NCBI GenBank assembly: GCA_964621305.1
Contig: CAZUOM010000001.1
Coordinates: 165,448-229,447, forward strand
Source: an uncultured Gammaproteobacteria bacterium
Lineage (GTDB): Bacteria > Patescibacteriota > Microgenomatia > UBA10105 > UBA927
Length of the DNA: 64,000 nt
Direction of reading: 5' to 3'
Positions 33,101 through 36,100 of this stretch are shown piece after piece. Each line of letters starts with the position of its first letter. Positions within the stretch are counted from its first letter, which is position 1. The position numbers were made by a program, and so were the translations under genes. Below the pieces are notes generated by a model. It worked only from the letters and a program-made list of their open reading frames with translations, did not search any database and had not been told where the DNA came from.

Positions 33101-36100
33101 ATCCTTGTCTCAAGCTTCCTGCGGAAAGCCCTGCGGCGCCCAACTGACTGGCGCACTGATCCGCACTTGCGCCGCCGGAAAACGCCGCAGCACACGCCAC
33201 TGCAGCTTGCAGAGAATTGACGGTCGTATCTGCCTTTTGAATCAAAGCTTTTGCATTGGGATTAAATGCCGCCTGCCTGGGTTGCGTCAGTCGCGCAAGG
33301 GAAACGCCTGCCATTGCCAGGGCAAGTTGACAGTTACCAGAACCGATTGATTCTTTACTGCAGACATCGGCAGCATTCCAAGAAAACACCACGGGTCCCA
33401 GATAGTGATTGATCCTTTCCAACGCTCCGGATATGCCCTTCGTAGGAACCAGACTCGGCTTGAGGGAATTGCTGACAGCTACGACTGCGTCGCTACTTTT
33501 TTCAACGAGAGCTAATTTTCCGCTTGCATTTCCGGCTTGGCCCACAAGTGCGAGTGCTCCCGCCGGTGCATTTTTGGCTACCTCAAGTTGCTTAATCCAT
33601 TTGGCTGTCTGGCTAATGCTCGTTGCGCTGGAGAGTCCGGCAAACGTCGTCATCATGGCTGAGCGCGCGCACTCTCCTCCGTCCATCTCATGCCCGAATG
33701 CGCACGCATGGGCAGTCTGTTGGAGGCTGTCGCCGGTAAAGTAGAGTCCGACCGCTGACCCGCCCACATTCAAGGCAACGGGAACGGACAAAATTTTTGC
33801 TCCGGCTTTGGCCAACTGAAAGAGTTGACCGCCCGGAGCTACCAACGCCCACGTCGACAATACCGGTTTTCCGTAGCTCATTCCCCAACCACGAACCATA
33901 TCCAGCCGTGCAACTGCCTGATTTTCCTTGGTTTCATTCGGATCCCACATCCTTCTTTCAGCATCCTTTATCAAAAATTGTCCCTGCAAGTATGATCCGG
34001 AGGTAAAATTATTAACCCCTACAACAAAGTGTTCCGCAAGATTAAAATTGTCAATATCTTTTTTCACCCGCACAAAATCCGCTTTGCCGGCAAAGATGTC
34101 CTTTGCGTTAACTCCCTCCCCTTTGGCAGACAGAATATTGGCAACGCTATCGCGCACAGCTCCCATGGCGATGAACTGCTCAACGAGAAATTGTTTGTCA
34201 GTTTTGCCGGCATTGTCTGGGTCGCTACTCCACTGCTTATAGGCAAGAGCATTTTTCCTCTCTTTTTCTAAATTGGCACGGTCTTCTGCCGATAGTGTGG
34301 CGGCATACGTATCGACGACGCGCTCAACGCTTGTTGGCGCATTATCTTTTGTTCTCGCAAGATCCTCCCGTAACCGTATCGCATTCACTGCTCCAGAAAG
34401 CACCCCGCGCCGCAGCCACCCTGGGTCTGCTGATATTGCGGCAGATACTTCGCGCGACACTAAGGCCCCAGTGGCAGCTTTGTCCTCCATCTCAATTGCC
34501 GTAGCAAGCTCTCGGACGACTTCATCGCGGGAGGTTGATTTATACCGTTTTGCGGCCGCTAGCGGATTGTAATATTCAGCGTCCCTAGTGATTAGTTCGG
34601 CGGCAAAGCCCCACTCTGCTTGTTTGGCGGGGCTAGATCCCAAAAGCTGCGATCCTCCTTCTACAACCGGAAGCATCTTGAGAGCATTGAACGTCTTGAC
34701 AACCGCGTTATCTATGAAGCTCAGCGACCGTATGTTCTTATCAACGCGCAACATATCGACTTCTCCCCGCAGCACCTGGCTCAAAATAATTCCTTGAGTA
34801 TCGTCGCGGATTGCTCCGATATCTCGAAGATCCACTTCACGCAAAATGAGGGCTTTAAGTTGTTCGAGCTGGAATTTTTCAGGCGTTGCGTCGATTTTCC
34901 CTCTTTTCCAATCCCTGTAAATGGAAGATTTTTCAACTGCAGCCAACTGGCGCAGCCTCTCGGTCTGACTCTGGGCCGCCAGCAGCGAATCTACTCGCAT
35001 ATCGATAAACGAGTCCCCACCTGCAGTCCGTACCAGAGCGCCGCCAGTGATATCGTTGAGTGTGCTTCCGAGCCAAATGAGCGGATGTTTGCCAAAATCT
35101 CTTGCTTCAGTCATGTGCTTCTCAATTTCAGTGGGAAGTCTTTCCCCTCTTTTCCATTCCGACACTGCTTGCTCTTCCTGACCTAAATTTTTTAGGCTGT
35201 TCCGAATGCGGTTAAGGGCATCTTCTTGGATCTTTGTAAATTCTTCTATAGATAACGCGCTACTGCCGGAATCGGCCTTGTATTTCTCAAAAATTCTTTT
35301 CCTATTGTTCTGGACAAGTTGATTCTCCTCATCTATTGCCCGGATAAGATTGGCTCGTTGATTTTGTACGACAGCCGTGTCAAGCAGAAATCCTACCTGT
35401 TCTTTTTCCAAACAACTCGTCAAGCCAGTCCCCAAATTGCCTTTGCACGCCGCAAGCTTTTGGAGGACAATGTTTGCTTTGGAGGCTATAGAAAGGCCAC
35501 CAAAAGCTATATTCTCAAGTGAAGCTTTCGCCCCTTCAATCATGTCTGCGTGGCATCTGGCATAGTACCGGCTATCCTGCCCGGTACAAACGGTGTCAAC
35601 GATTGCTCTTGCCGTTCTATCAATTACCTCGGTAGAGTTCAAAAGTGTTCCACTGCCACATTCATAAATATTCGAATCGCCTTGAAACTGGATGTATCTA
35701 TCCGTATATCTTTGCGATACGCACGATCGTCTGACTGATTCTGCCGGGACGTAGGTCGTCCTGGTCTTCAAATCGATAGTCAACCCTTGATCCAACACGT
35801 TTTTGGTCGTTTCGGCACAAGTTTTTTCCTTTCCCGCGCAGTAGGATGCAATGGCCCGATTCTCCTGGGCAATCGGATCAACGCTCGATATGTTTCCTGC
35901 GGCGATAAGCTTCTCCTGTTTGGTCTCACATTCTTTCGGATCAATTCCAAGCGCCTCAAGCCGCCGACACAAATCTCGTGCAGCAGCCGCTCCCGCGTTC
36001 GGGGTAGTTTTCGTCCCGATCCCGTAGTCGACGCCAGCACCTGTTCCATATACTTTGTTATCAAATGATATGGCATAATCATGCGTTCCTTCTTTTTTCG

